Assembly: GCA_003133625.1 (NCBI GenBank) | Contig: PKYH01000027.1 | Location: forward strand, 15,266-66,084 | DNA: 50,819 bases | Direction: 5' to 3' | Source of the DNA: Candidatus Bathyarchaeota archaeon | Lineage (GTDB): Archaea; Thermoproteota; Bathyarchaeia; Bathyarchaeales; Bathycorpusculaceae | Shown: positions 9,316 to 18,721 of the stretch, piece by piece | Layout: each line of letters starts with the position of its first letter | How positions within the stretch are numbered: the first letter of the stretch is position 1 | The notes under the pieces: generated by a model | The model's input: only the letters and a program-made list of their open reading frames with translations | What the model was told of the DNA's origin: nothing | Database searches by the model: none | Made by a program: the position numbers and the translations under genes

Positions 9316-10917
9316 ATGAGTGAAGAGACTGTTGGACGCGGCACATGGTACGACATGATGGCCAAGAAAGTAATTGAAAGAGAGCGTCAGCTAGGCAGAA
9401 ACATGGATAAAATCAGGACTGAGATGGGTCTTGGCGCCTCAGGTTTCCCTCATATTGGAAGCTTGGGCGACGCCGCACGCTCGTACGCCGTTACGCTTGC
9501 TTTGAAGGGTTTAGGTTTTAATTCTGAGTTGGTTGCTTACTGCGACGACAAGGACGGCTTGCGAAAAGTTCCGGTTGGATTATCAAAGGATTTAGAGAAG
9601 TATCTTGGTTTTCCAGTGTCCAGTATTCCTGACCCGTTTGGTTGCCATGAAAGCTACGGCAAGCATATGAGCTTGCTTCTGCTTGAATCTCTAGATAAGT
9701 GCGGAATAGAATATCGCTACTTTTCAGCTAAGGAAGTCTACGAGAAAGGCTTGCTGCTAAACGAAATCAGAACAATACTCTTAAACGCAAAGAAAGTAGG
9801 CGAAATTGTCAAAGAAGAAGTCGGTCAAGAACGCTACACAGAAGTCCTGCCCTTTTTCCCAGTCTGCAGCAACTGCGGACGCATCTACACCACAAAAGCC
9901 TTCAAGTTCGAGCCAAAAACTGATAAAGTTCTCTACAAATGCGAAGGCCTAGAAATCCGAGGCAGATTAATCGAAGGCTGTGGGCACGAAGGCGAAACCG
10001 ACATAACTAAAGGTGAAGGAAAACTAACGTGGAAAGGCGAGTTTGCCGCGCGTTGGAAAGCCTTGGATATTCGGTTTGAAGCTTACGGAAAAGACATTGC
10101 TGACTCAGTAAAAATCAACGATAGAATATGCCGTGAAGTCCTGTGTTTTGAGTCGCCATCACACGCTAAGTACGAGATGTTTCTAGATAAGGGTGGAAAG
10201 AAAATTTCCAAATCAGCAGGCAACGTTTTCACTCCGCAAGTGTGGTTCCGTTATGGTTCTCCTCAATCGCTGCTTTTGCTGATGCTTAAGCGGTTTGTTG
10301 GCACACGCACTTTAGATGTGTCGGATATTCCAGCGTACATGAACGAGCTTGATTACTTAGAGGACGTTTACTTTGGCAAAAAACAAGTGGGCGACAAAGA
10401 AGCCACGAAGCTTAGAGGCTTGCTTGAGTACTGCTATGTCATGAAGCCACCAGCTAAACCAAGCATTCACGTGCCCTACAATTTAATGGCATTTCTGGTT
10501 AAGATGGCGCCAAAAGAGTGCCTAAACGATTATGTGACTGAGAAACTGCAAAGTTACGGTTACCTCCAGAAAAACCAAAACTTAGACGCCAGCTTAATGA
10601 AGCGTATTGACTACGCTTTGAATTGGACTAGGGACTTTGAAGAAATCAAAGAAACCGTCATAACTCTGACAGACGAAGAGAAAAAAGCAATCACCGAGTT
10701 AATCTCAAAATTGGAAGCTGAAAATGAGCCGGATAAAATCCAAAATGCCATCTTTAACGCTGCCAAAAACAACGGTTTACAGCCCAGCGGCTTCTTCAAA
10801 ATGCTCTATAATATTTTGATGGGTGCACCGCAGGGTCCACGTTTAGGTCCATACGTGCTTGCCATGGGCAAACAAAACGTCATCGCCGCACTGCAAAGAG
10901 TCTTAAGCAAAAGTTAG
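9316..10917 (+). CDS. lysS: lysyl-tRNA synthetase, class I
   Basis: SGFPHIGS (HIGH-like), KISKSAGN (KMSKS-like), zinc-binding CSNCGR, GPRLG. Confidence 0.95.
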   Translation: MSEETVGRGTWYDMMAKKVIERERQLGRNMDKIRTEMGLGASGFPHIGSLGDAARSYAVTLALKGLGFNSELVAYCDDKDGLRKVPVGLSKDLEKYLGFPVSSIPDPFGCHESYGKHMSLLLLESLDKCGIEYRYFSAKEVYEKGLLLNEIRTILLNAKKVGEIVKEEVGQERYTEVLPFFPVCSNCGRIYTTKAFKFEPKTDKVLYKCEGLEIRGRLIEGCGHEGETDITKGEGKLTWKGEFAARWKALDIRFEAYGKDIADSVKINDRICREVLCFESPSHAKYEMFLDKGGKKISKSAGNVFTPQVWFRYGSPQSLLLLMLKRFVGTRTLDVSDIPAYMNELDYLEDVYFGKKQVGDKEATKLRGLLEYCYVMKPPAKPSIHVPYNLMAFLVKMAPKECLNDYVTEKLQSYGYLQKNQNLDASLMKRIDYALNWTRDFEEIKETVITLTDEEKKAITELISKLEAENEPDKIQNAIFNAAKNNGLQPSGFFKMLYNILMGAPQGPRLGPYVLAMGKQNVIAALQRVLSKS

Positions 10918-11044
10918 CTGTTTTCAGCAATTCTTTTATTTTATAAAAAACGAAAAAAGAGTTTACAATACAGGGGGTTGGATTTGAACCCCATCCTCGG
11001 TGGCGGCGTCTCTCGCTCATTTTTTTGTTTTGCGAATAAATTAT

Positions 11045-11599
11045 TTAGCCTCGTAAGTTTAGAGGTTTTTTGAATATTTCTTCTCGCCACTTGTGTTCCC
11101 AACTTGCCCAACCGGTCTTCACGAGGCTTTCTCTCAAGCGCGGTCTTTCGGCTACCCACTCCAGAAACGTCCAGAAGCGTCTCTCATCTTGAAGTATTTC
11201 CTTCGGCACGCCTTTTTCAACGCACCATCTAATATAGCCGCTTTCAACCATCTGCTTAAGTTCGCCTGTGGATTCGACTTTTTGAACTTTGAACCCTCTG
11301 CTTTGCAAGTGCCCAATTACGCTGGATAAAACGTATTCTGAACAAACCTTAAAACAGGTTTCTGAGTCAGGCTGCATGACTGCGACGATTTCATCGGCAA
11401 TCTTTACCGCGTCATCTAAGTATTTCTTGTTTTTGAAGTTTGGCGGCTGGAAGGATGATGTGGGGATTCTGCGTTCCATCACCATGGGGTCTGGGGGTTT
11501 AAGCGCGCCTACTACCACGCCTAATAAGAGGTCGCTCCATCCTGAAGCATCTATTAAAATCGTTTTTCCAGAAAAGTAACCGTCCAATGCCAAGCTCAA
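11045..11599 (-). CDS. hypothetical protein, possible RNase H-like fold
   Basis: 184-aa ORF; N-terminal ILIDASGWSDLLLGVVVG resembles the RNase HII first motif. Confidence 0.6.
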   Translation of the reverse strand: MSLALDGYFSGKTILIDASGWSDLLLGVVVGALKPPDPMVMERRIPTSSFQPPNFKNKKYLDDAVKIADEIVAVMQPDSETCFKVCSEYVLSSVIGHLQSRGFKVQKVESTGELKQMVESGYIRWCVEKGVPKEILQDERRFWTFLEWVAERPRLRESLVKTGWASWEHKWREEIFKKPLNLRG

Positions 11600-11990
11600 T
11601 CACCACAGACTGTGAAATATTATGAGGCGTTTGTTTTTCTACTTTTTGTTTTGTACCCATTTTTCATTTCGAACAATAAGCTTTTTTGATGCTGTTTTGT
11701 GGAGCGATTGCGTTCTCGTTATTATGTGTTTTAGTGTTGTGAGAAGAAGTAGGGTAAGTAGGAGTAGGATAGTGGAAAAAGGTTTGGGTTTGAGGATATG
11801 GCTTTATGAGAGTACGAAGCCGATTATTAGACCTACTATGAACCCAATTCCGAGCGGCAATATACCTATGAGGATTCGCCAAATATGCGTAATGAAGGAC
11901 GATAAGCTTGGCAGCGGAACAACAGAAGCTTTTTCATGAAGCTTAAGTAGCAGAAGCAAGTGTAGTAAAATCCAGAAAAAAGCATGGAGC

Positions 11991-12029
11991 GGGGCTCGTC
12001 GTCTAGTACGGATTATGACACCGGCCTGC
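11991..12029 (+). repeat. att site (left copy) = 5' half of tRNA-Arg
   Basis: GGGGCTCGTCGTCTAGTACGGATTATGACACCGGCCTGC identical to 24901-24939. Confidence 0.97.
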
Positions 12030-12058
12030 TTTTTTGGTTCGTTTTCTATTTCAGTCAT
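11991..12058 (-). pseudogene. integrase N-terminal fragment Int(N)
   Basis: ATG at 12058 with upstream GAGGT; encodes MTEIENEPKK-QAGVIIRTRRRAP, in frame with the integrase across att. Confidence 0.85.
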
Positions 12059-12121
12059 TTTTCAAACCTCATTGGTAGAAGCAATGGCAATTTGGGCTTA
12101 AAAGGCTTGCTTATCTTGGTA

Positions 12122-12643
12122 TTACCAGTCTGAAGAAGAGATTTCAGCTATCTTTACTGAAAAAACTTCGCTCAATATTGAAAAGGCCAACTCAGTTAAT
12201 TTAATGTCTCTCGGTTCGTCAGGCGATTTTTCACCATGAAAAAAGTTGCAGCGTATTACGTAAATCGCCTCAAGAACCTCACCAAAGTTCACGAGGTTGG
12301 CGATTCTTACTTCTCTACTTCCATTATACGGCTTGTTTCTGTATATTGGACATAGGCTCTGAAGGGCTAAAACCTTCTCTTTGAACGTATTGTTATTGGC
12401 AATTAGCTCTGAGTACTTTTGTTTTAACGCTGGATTTTCCTTCGCCCATTCTATTTTGTCCCTGTCTGATTCTTCTTGTGACTCGTATGTCTCCCATGCA
12501 TTGAAAGAAATCCATAGTGAGGCAAATTTGTCGAATATATCAAACTCTCGAATATTTTCGCCTTGAGACCGACGATACCAGTCCGATATGAGCTTTCTTA
12601 AACGTGAATGGTACATCCAGTTTGCGATTATGGCAAGGGGCAT
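12122..12643 (-). CDS. HEPN-domain protein (ApeA-like putative RNase)
   Basis: FASLWISFNAW helix and YVIRCNFFHG (RxxxxH) motif. Confidence 0.75.
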   Translation of the reverse strand: MPLAIIANWMYHSRLRKLISDWYRRSQGENIREFDIFDKFASLWISFNAWETYESQEESDRDKIEWAKENPALKQKYSELIANNNTFKEKVLALQSLCPIYRNKPYNGSREVRIANLVNFGEVLEAIYVIRCNFFHGEKSPDEPRDIKLTELAFSILSEVFSVKIAEISSSDW

Positions 12644-12781
12644 ATCAACCGTTGGTATATTATTTAATCGTGCCTTATTAGAACTCTCTAATGAAAAGCG
12701 TATTCAGAGTAGCTTACCCTTTTTTTGGGTCAAATGAAAAAGTGGCACTTAGTTTTGTTAAACAACTTTACGAGTTGCTTG

Positions 12782-14476
12782 TCAACTTTGCTTCTTGTTC
12801 TTTCTTGTCATCACAATTAACGTAACAGCTATTATTGAGGCTACAATCGCAACAATTATCACATAAACTAACCACGGTTCAGAAAGTATTCCATTTGATG
12901 ACGAGCTCGACATTGCAGAGTTTAAATCTACAGCTATTTGATGAGTGCTATGGTGATAATAGAATGATATTGCCCATGAATCTGTTTGCTGTTGAACACT
13001 ATAGCTGAGTGGGGTTCCATCGAGAAATACTTGCAAGTTTGAGATGTCATTTATCAGACTTTTTGGAATGTAAACATTGACATAGCCTGTTGTCCCTGAA
13101 GGACCTGATACTGTGAAGCTTATCTGATTTGATGTTGAGTTAAAAGCGAAAGCTGAAACCGTCGAGTTTGATGCCACTGAGAAGACGTTTTGCTCTTCAA
13201 AAGGCAACACAGCAAAATTAACTATACTGCTGCTTTCAGAGTAATTGGAATTTCCTGCATACGTTGCTCTAAGAAGATAGTTTCCCGTTACAGACGGCAA
13301 CCAAACAGCAGAAAAACTTCCGCTGCTATCTGCACTCACAGTCGTAAGGTCATTCCAAGAATTGCCTTCGTTAACGCTGTAAGAAAGCAGAATTGAAACA
13401 CCAGACAAACTTACCCCATCAGAGGTTATATTTCCACTAATTTCTACGTTGAAGTTCGAGTAACTTGTAGAACTTAGGCAGGAAATGGCAATCGTAGGCG
13501 TTGGCAATAGACTTTGAATTGGTGTAGATGTGGGAGTTGGTGTTGGCGTTGGAAAAGGACTTGATACCGGGAACGTGGGTTGAGGAGTGAGCGGAATTAG
13601 ACTTGGCGACATGAACGGATAATTATCCTTGTTGTTAGAATTAATTATGTATGGCAAGTCACCTATCCCGTCGCCATTAGCATCTTTTCCTGTATAATCA
13701 CTCCAATAGTTTCCACCGATAGAAGTGCCGTTGTCCCACTTGTTACTATCTGAATAATTATAAAGCTGTGCTTGAACTCCATTTCCAAGAATAATGTTGT
13801 GGATAAACATGCTATCGTAGATGTCTATTAAGAATCCATGGCCGTTTCCGGAAATTGTGTTGTTTGCGAATATGTTGTCGTATGAAGGGTCGCCCCCTCC
13901 TGCTCCAATACCGATGTAGTTATTTGAAATCGTATTGTTGAAAATGGCATTGCCATGTGTCCAGTCGAATCCGAGAGACGTGTAAGGATTATTCTCAATC
14001 AAGTTGTTTTCGATTGTGTTACCATAGGAGTGCAGTATGCGGATTCCATCGCCATTATTCGTTATTATGTTGTTTGAAATTATTGTTCTATTGTAGCCGT
14101 CAACCCAAATTGCATTGCCTCCGCTTCTTGCATGTTGTATTGTAAGTCCACCAATTGTTACATCGTTAGCTGAAACAATAATAATGCTCCCAGGGTCTAC
14201 TCCACCAGCATCTATGACTGTCGTTTCTCTGTTTTCACCGAGTAAGGTCAAAGTTTTGTTAATTGTGAGATGCTCATTGTAAGTACCACTCATGACTTCA
14301 ACTGTATCACCGGAACTTGCAGCATTCAAAGCTGCTTGAATAGTCTGAAAATCCTTGTTGCCCTGAGTACTTACAATCCATGTTCTTGCCTGAGATTGAC
14401 CGAAGACATTGACACCACAAGTAATCATTCCCAAGAGCAACATTATGGTGAACAAAGCAAAAACCAATTTCTTCAA
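12782..14476 (-). CDS. cell-surface parallel beta-helix (NosD/pectin-lyase-like) protein
   Basis: Signal peptide, FQTIQAALNAA, Asn-rich repeats, GGNYWSDY, PT-rich linker, C-terminal TM anchor. Confidence 0.88.
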   Translation of the reverse strand: MKKLVFALFTIMLLLGMITCGVNVFGQSQARTWIVSTQGNKDFQTIQAALNAASSGDTVEVMSGTYNEHLTINKTLTLLGENRETTVIDAGGVDPGSIIIVSANDVTIGGLTIQHARSGGNAIWVDGYNRTIISNNIITNNGDGIRILHSYGNTIENNLIENNPYTSLGFDWTHGNAIFNNTISNNYIGIGAGGGDPSYDNIFANNTISGNGHGFLIDIYDSMFIHNIILGNGVQAQLYNYSDSNKWDNGTSIGGNYWSDYTGKDANGDGIGDLPYIINSNNKDNYPFMSPSLIPLTPQPTFPVSSPFPTPTPTPTSTPIQSLLPTPTIAISCLSSTSYSNFNVEISGNITSDGVSLSGVSILLSYSVNEGNSWNDLTTVSADSSGSFSAVWLPSVTGNYLLRATYAGNSNYSESSSIVNFAVLPFEEQNVFSVASNSTVSAFAFNSTSNQISFTVSGPSGTTGYVNVYIPKSLINDISNLQVFLDGTPLSYSVQQQTDSWAISFYYHHSTHQIAVDLNSAMSSSSSNGILSEPWLVYVIIVAIVASIIAVTLIVMTRKNKKQS

Positions 14477-14644
14477 TTACCTCAATCTCCTCTTCACCAT
14501 TTAATTCATTTTGATAAGCTAATAAAACTTGCGTCAATTGTCAAGGAATAGCCCGAATTCTCGCATTAAAGCTGTGTTTGAGGAGGATTCCGCTTTTCTG
14601 GAGATAATACTGTCCATAATATGCAAATGTGGTTTGAAAACAGC

Positions 14645-14746
14645 AAAAATCCCCTATACTATCTATATGGGAAAAAATGATTTTGGCTTCGCTCCACCTA
14701 TGGGAAACGTTTGACGAATCTGCCCTTTGTATAAAGGTTGAACCCC
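14645..14746. repeat. degenerate repeat unit, copy 1
   Basis: AAAAATCCCCTATA (14645-14658) identical to 15730-15743, followed by TATA.GGGAAAA and TTGAACCCC (14738-14746). Confidence 0.6.
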
Positions 14747-14806
14747 CAAACCCAAATCAGAAGCATATGGGGTAAAGCGCTTAAAAAAGAACGCAAATAG
14801 AAACAA

Positions 14807-15580
14807 TTAGATTGTAACGCCGTTACTGTGTGCAAATGTTATGATGTCGGTTGATGGTATCCAAATTGAAATAGCGAATCTATCGGTTTGACGCTGTCCT
14901 GTTGTTGGGTGTTTTGCTTGTTGCTTTAGTTCATGTCTCAATCGTTGTCTTCTTTGTTGCCTTGTTTCCCCCATTGTCTGTTGTTGAGGTTGTGGGTTTT
15001 CCGTGATTGACCTATTATGAAGCCCAAAAACAGTGCCGTTTGCTAAGAATCCTGGGCATCCGCTTGAACCTTGGTACATTAAGGCATCAGTTTCATAAAA
15101 GGATAAAACTCTTCCCGAAGGTGTAAGGTCCGCATTGAAAGAAGAAACAAAAGCTCCCTGAAAGCGTATGAAAAGATGGAAACCAGAAGAATCGACCTTA
15201 GCAAGAGGGAAACCTAACGACCCGCAACTCGTTCCAATCTGAATAGTGTTAGTTGCAAGAGCAAGACTTTGAGTAGACCGTGGATTGGTTATTCTTAGAA
15301 GCGCTAAGTCTCTGTCAGCGTCTTCAGCTATTAATTGTGCTATCTCCAATTTTTGTCCAACATCAGGTGCCCTAATAACTCCGAATAGTTGATGTATGGG
15401 GTTGTTGAAGTTGCCTTCTTTATGTATTACGTGGGCTGCTGTTACCACAACACCTGGCGAAATCATAAAAGCGGTACCATTGCTACAAACACCGCCAGTC
15501 CCGACTTTAGTGTCACATCTTATTCCGTAAACACTTTCACGGACTGTTGAACAAGCTTGTTGAAACATAAATTTAACCAA
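14807..15580 (-). CDS. trypsin-like (S1) serine protease, cytoplasmic
   Basis: Catalytic triad motifs TAAHV, DLALL, GSSGCP; no signal peptide. Confidence 0.88.
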   Translation of the reverse strand: MVKFMFQQACSTVRESVYGIRCDTKVGTGGVCSNGTAFMISPGVVVTAAHVIHKEGNFNNPIHQLFGVIRAPDVGQKLEIAQLIAEDADRDLALLRITNPRSTQSLALATNTIQIGTSCGSLGFPLAKVDSSGFHLFIRFQGAFVSSFNADLTPSGRVLSFYETDALMYQGSSGCPGFLANGTVFGLHNRSITENPQPQQQTMGETRQQRRQRLRHELKQQAKHPTTGQRQTDRFAISIWIPSTDIITFAHSNGVTI

Positions 15581-15729
15581 ATCAATCCGTTAGTTGAATT
15601 GTTTTTTAAATTTTTGCCTAATTACGTTTCTTTTAGGTTAAACCTATTCTCGATTGCCATTCTTTCTTTTCATCTCTTGATTGCTGACAAGTATGAGCAT
15701 CCTTGGAATCTCACATCCCCCAAAACACA

Positions 15730-15800
15730 AAAAATCCCCTATATACTATAAAGGGGAAAATACTGTTTTAAGTCGACTGATGACTTTAGCTTTGAACCCC
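15730..15800. repeat. degenerate repeat unit, copy 2
   Basis: AAAAATCCCCTATATACTATAAAGGGGAAAA and TTGAACCCC (15792-15800). Confidence 0.6.
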
Positions 15801-16173
15801 TATCTTGGATATTATTAATTGGGTGCACAGAGTCCCCGTAAATCCATTTGCGTCCATTTGCTTGCTCTAATTCTTCAAATGCAAAATTTGAGAAAAGTTA
15901 TTGTTTTGCGTAAACTGTAGCCTATTTTTTTGCAAGCATTACTCAATTTTTAACATAAAAACCTCAATTGTGTAAAAAAGTTGCCCTTTTCAACGGTTTT
16001 CCATGAAAATCACGTAACATCCTTTCAGCCATAATGGTTATATCTCGAATCTTGAGTGTTCCATAACATTGCCCGTTCAAGAATGAATGGGACACATGTA
16101 AACGAGGGGACTGAACTTGGTGGCAGTTACACTATGATTAGCCTTGACTCCGCATGTTTCCAACTCGTTCTAA

Positions 16174-16467
16174 TCGGTAAAGAAAAAATGGAGGGAGCAC
16201 AAAACGGAAATAAAATTAGCCGAGAAAAAAGGTCAAGCATATAGTAAATACTATGTTGTTTTAGACCGAAATGGCGACCTTAGTGTATTAGAAGTTAGTC
16301 AAGATGACTGGTCAATTCTAACAATGGTTGAAGTAATGTACAGCAGGCGATTAATTAAACTTGAAACTAAGAAGCAGGTCGTGCAAGAAATATTACACAC
16401 GTTCCTCAAGACCAACTACAGCTCAGATGCAGTAATACAATACAAACTTGAGTATTTAGGGGATTAA
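16174..16467 (+). pseudogene. open frame lacking an N-terminal start codon (possibly frameshifted small gene)
   Basis: 97 sense codons SVKKKWREHK...YKLEYLGD*; nearest upstream ATG (16154) is in another frame. Confidence 0.35.
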
Positions 16468-16596
16468 GCGCACTGAACATTTGCAATTTAACACAGATTC
16501 TATAGAGGGACTCCTAAACCGAGAAGAGTTTCACTGATGAAATGATGAAATCTCGATTTGCGAAGCACTCATAAAATCAAAAGGAGATATATAAAA

Positions 16597-16812
16597 ATGG
16601 AAAAATTGGATAAAAATGAAATAAACGTCGGCTTCATAGTCCAACTGGATGAGGATGACTGGCGAGAATTAGAATCTATTATAAAAAATAAAGTGAAACG
16701 GCTAATCTTCGTTAAGAAATGCCCAATCACTGTTAAACTGGAAATTAAAGAGAATTTTCCAACAAGGAAGGGAGAAAATGTCACAAAGTTTTGCAACTGG
16801 GAATCCGCTTGA
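16597..16812 (+). CDS. small hypothetical protein
   Basis: AAGGAGA RBS before ATG 16597; overlaps start of next gene. Confidence 0.6.
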   Translation: MEKLDKNEINVGFIVQLDEDDWRELESIIKNKVKRLIFVKKCPITVKLEIKENFPTRKGENVTKFCNWESA

Positions 16813-18028
16813 ACTGGCTAAGCAAATCGGCTATGAACTCTATGATAATATTGGTAAAATTGCTTTTGAAGAACTTGAGCTGGCTTATGCAAGCAGATTA
16901 GCACCTAAATTTGAAAAAGTACCAGAATTGCGTAGTTTCACTAACCTGAATTTCTATTGGGCAAGAGGTTGTTTCAAAAACAGGAGTATAGAAGGATTTA
17001 AAGATTGCTTACCTGAAGATTTCAAACAGAGAAATATTTCAACCGCAACAATTGAGACAATGTTTGGCAGCATAAATGAAAAAGGTAATAAACTCTTTGC
17101 TCCGCTGTTCCATGGATATGAGACATGCTTTATGCCTGAACTGTTAGCATTCTTAGGTAGTTATGAAACCATGAAAGAGAAAGTCAATACTTTCAATGAA
17201 GTTTTAGAAGGCGACCCAACATCAAGAGATATGATAAAATTCAGCAGTGCAAGCGAAGAACTTATTGGAAAATATATGTTGGGTTATGATGGTTTAACTT
17301 TTGATGGCAGACATTTGAAATATGAACCAAACACATCATTTGTAGTTGGCACTCGACCAGTAGAAAATAAAATATACACTTACCTTGAGCAATCAGGATT
17401 CTGGAGCAGATTTCATACAATACAAATAAAGATTACTGATAAAGTTTCAGAGGATATCTTCACGGGCAGTTTCACACCAAACCCAGATGTTGATGTGCAA
17501 AGCCTTAAAAATGAGCTTAAGCTCTGCAATAAAAATCTTTTTGCGCATAGAGATGATATAAATTCTGAACTGCCAAGTTACGAAAAAATAATGATGCCTT
17601 TACTTCAAACAGCTAATGGTTTTTGCAAACAAGTTATGTTGAAAAATCCAATAATTGACAACGTGACCCTATTAAATGTGCGTATTAAAGATGACATACT
17701 TCGAGAAGTCAAAGCTTATCAAATTTTAAATCCTGAGTTAAGCGATGCTGAAATTCATGCGTGGGCTTATGCAAGACTGCCGCATTTCTTTGAATTTGCA
17801 ACTGAACCAATCATAGCCAGAGAAATCACATTTGTTAAAGTAAACTCATTGGAATCTTGCATTAAATCTCTTTGCGAACTCTGCAAGGGTTCACCAAAAG
17901 AACGCGATGAAATACAAGACATACTGCAAAAACAAAGCTTTTCAAGACCAACAATAGACCGAGCAATGGAAAAAATCAAAGAAAACGGACTTGAAAAAAC
18001 CCAAAAACGTGGAGTGTATGAAACATAG
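16778..18028 (+). CDS. putative replication protein, diverged MCM/AAA+-like with C-terminal wHTH
   Basis: Degenerate Walker A (WARGCFKN), Walker B (CFMPE), sensor-1-like (FVVGTRP), SRF arginine finger, wHTH-like tail SRPTIDRAMEKIKENG. Confidence 0.6.
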   Translation: MSQSFATGNPLELAKQIGYELYDNIGKIAFEELELAYASRLAPKFEKVPELRSFTNLNFYWARGCFKNRSIEGFKDCLPEDFKQRNISTATIETMFGSINEKGNKLFAPLFHGYETCFMPELLAFLGSYETMKEKVNTFNEVLEGDPTSRDMIKFSSASEELIGKYMLGYDGLTFDGRHLKYEPNTSFVVGTRPVENKIYTYLEQSGFWSRFHTIQIKITDKVSEDIFTGSFTPNPDVDVQSLKNELKLCNKNLFAHRDDINSELPSYEKIMMPLLQTANGFCKQVMLKNPIIDNVTLLNVRIKDDILREVKAYQILNPELSDAEIHAWAYARLPHFFEFATEPIIAREITFVKVNSLESCIKSLCELCKGSPKERDEIQDILQKQSFSRPTIDRAMEKIKENGLEKTQKRGVYET

Positions 18029-18031
18029 TTA

Positions 18032-18133
18032 TTCTCAATTCTCTTTTCTCATTTATCTCTTTTTTGAGAAATAGATATTATGGAAATTGAACTTCTCAAA
18101 AGAGGGTAGTTGAGAAATTGAGAAATTGAGAAA
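18032..18133. repeat. iteron-like cluster (TTGAGAAA)
   Basis: TTGAGAAA x3 in tandem at 18110-18133, one at 18064, inverted TTCTCAA at 18032 and 18093. Confidence 0.75.
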
Positions 18134-18224
18134 GCTGAAGGGTTTAGGCTTAGGAGCTCTTGGTAGATTCAACAAATCTGCGGGAGACCCCCTTTTTTAT
18201 TAACATTTACAGAGGTGAAAGCAT

Positions 18225-18470
18225 TTGAAAAAACAAAAACTGTGTAAAATCTGCAACCATGAGCTTGCACCAGCAATTCTCTATCTGCATCTCTTTGAAG
18301 GTTATTCATATAAGAGAATCATCGCAGCCTACGGAAGCTTTATCCCAAATTTGAATTTGTACAATATTTCAAACCACTTAAATTATCATATTTCCATCAG
18401 AGATATCAAAGAGGCAGAAGCTACCAAAGCACGCTGGGAGAAATACAAAGCTCAAGAAGCAGCCGCTTGA
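18225..18470 (+). CDS. small zinc-finger/HTH protein
   Basis: GAGGTG RBS; CKICNH...GYSYKRI...NISNHLNYH. Confidence 0.7.
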   Translation: MKKQKLCKICNHELAPAILYLHLFEGYSYKRIIAAYGSFIPNLNLYNISNHLNYHISIRDIKEAEATKARWEKYKAQEAAA

Positions 18471-18721
18471 AAATTTGCAAAGCTCGACCAGCGAGCTCCC
18501 TTAAGTTAGCCTTTTAAACAAACGAGTCGAGTAATAAGCCAAAGTCTTTAAAGCTTATTCAAAATGGATTTGCATTTAAATTAGCTTTCAAAAAACAACT
18601 TTATTCGCCCATTTATTATTTTAATGCAATAAAATACTGATTATAAATATAGATTTAAAAAACAGATAACATTTATAATCCAACTTTAATATTTGTCTCG
18701 ACTCACCAAGAGGATAAAAAA

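Noticed and set aside
10971..10995. Minus-strand GGGGTTCAAATCC resembling a tRNA T-loop or a second att site
   Set aside because: The T-stem does not pair, there is no cloverleaf, and it does not match the tRNA-Arg 3' half beyond the loop. Only the 9-mer TTGAACCCC is shared with element repeats.
11622..11939. ORF-track entries 11622-11939 (+) and 11664-11882 (-)
   Set aside because: Overlapping frames with no recognisable motifs; cannot choose a real gene.
13525..13555. Repetitive GTTGG-rich tract
   Set aside because: Encodes the Pro/Thr linker of the surface protein.
15855..15890. Minus-strand FAFEELEQA similar to IAFEELELA in the Rep-like protein
   Set aside because: Too short, with no extension on either side; probably chance.
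18110..18133. Possible CRISPR array
   Set aside because: 8-bp tandem units without spacers; no cas genes in the window.
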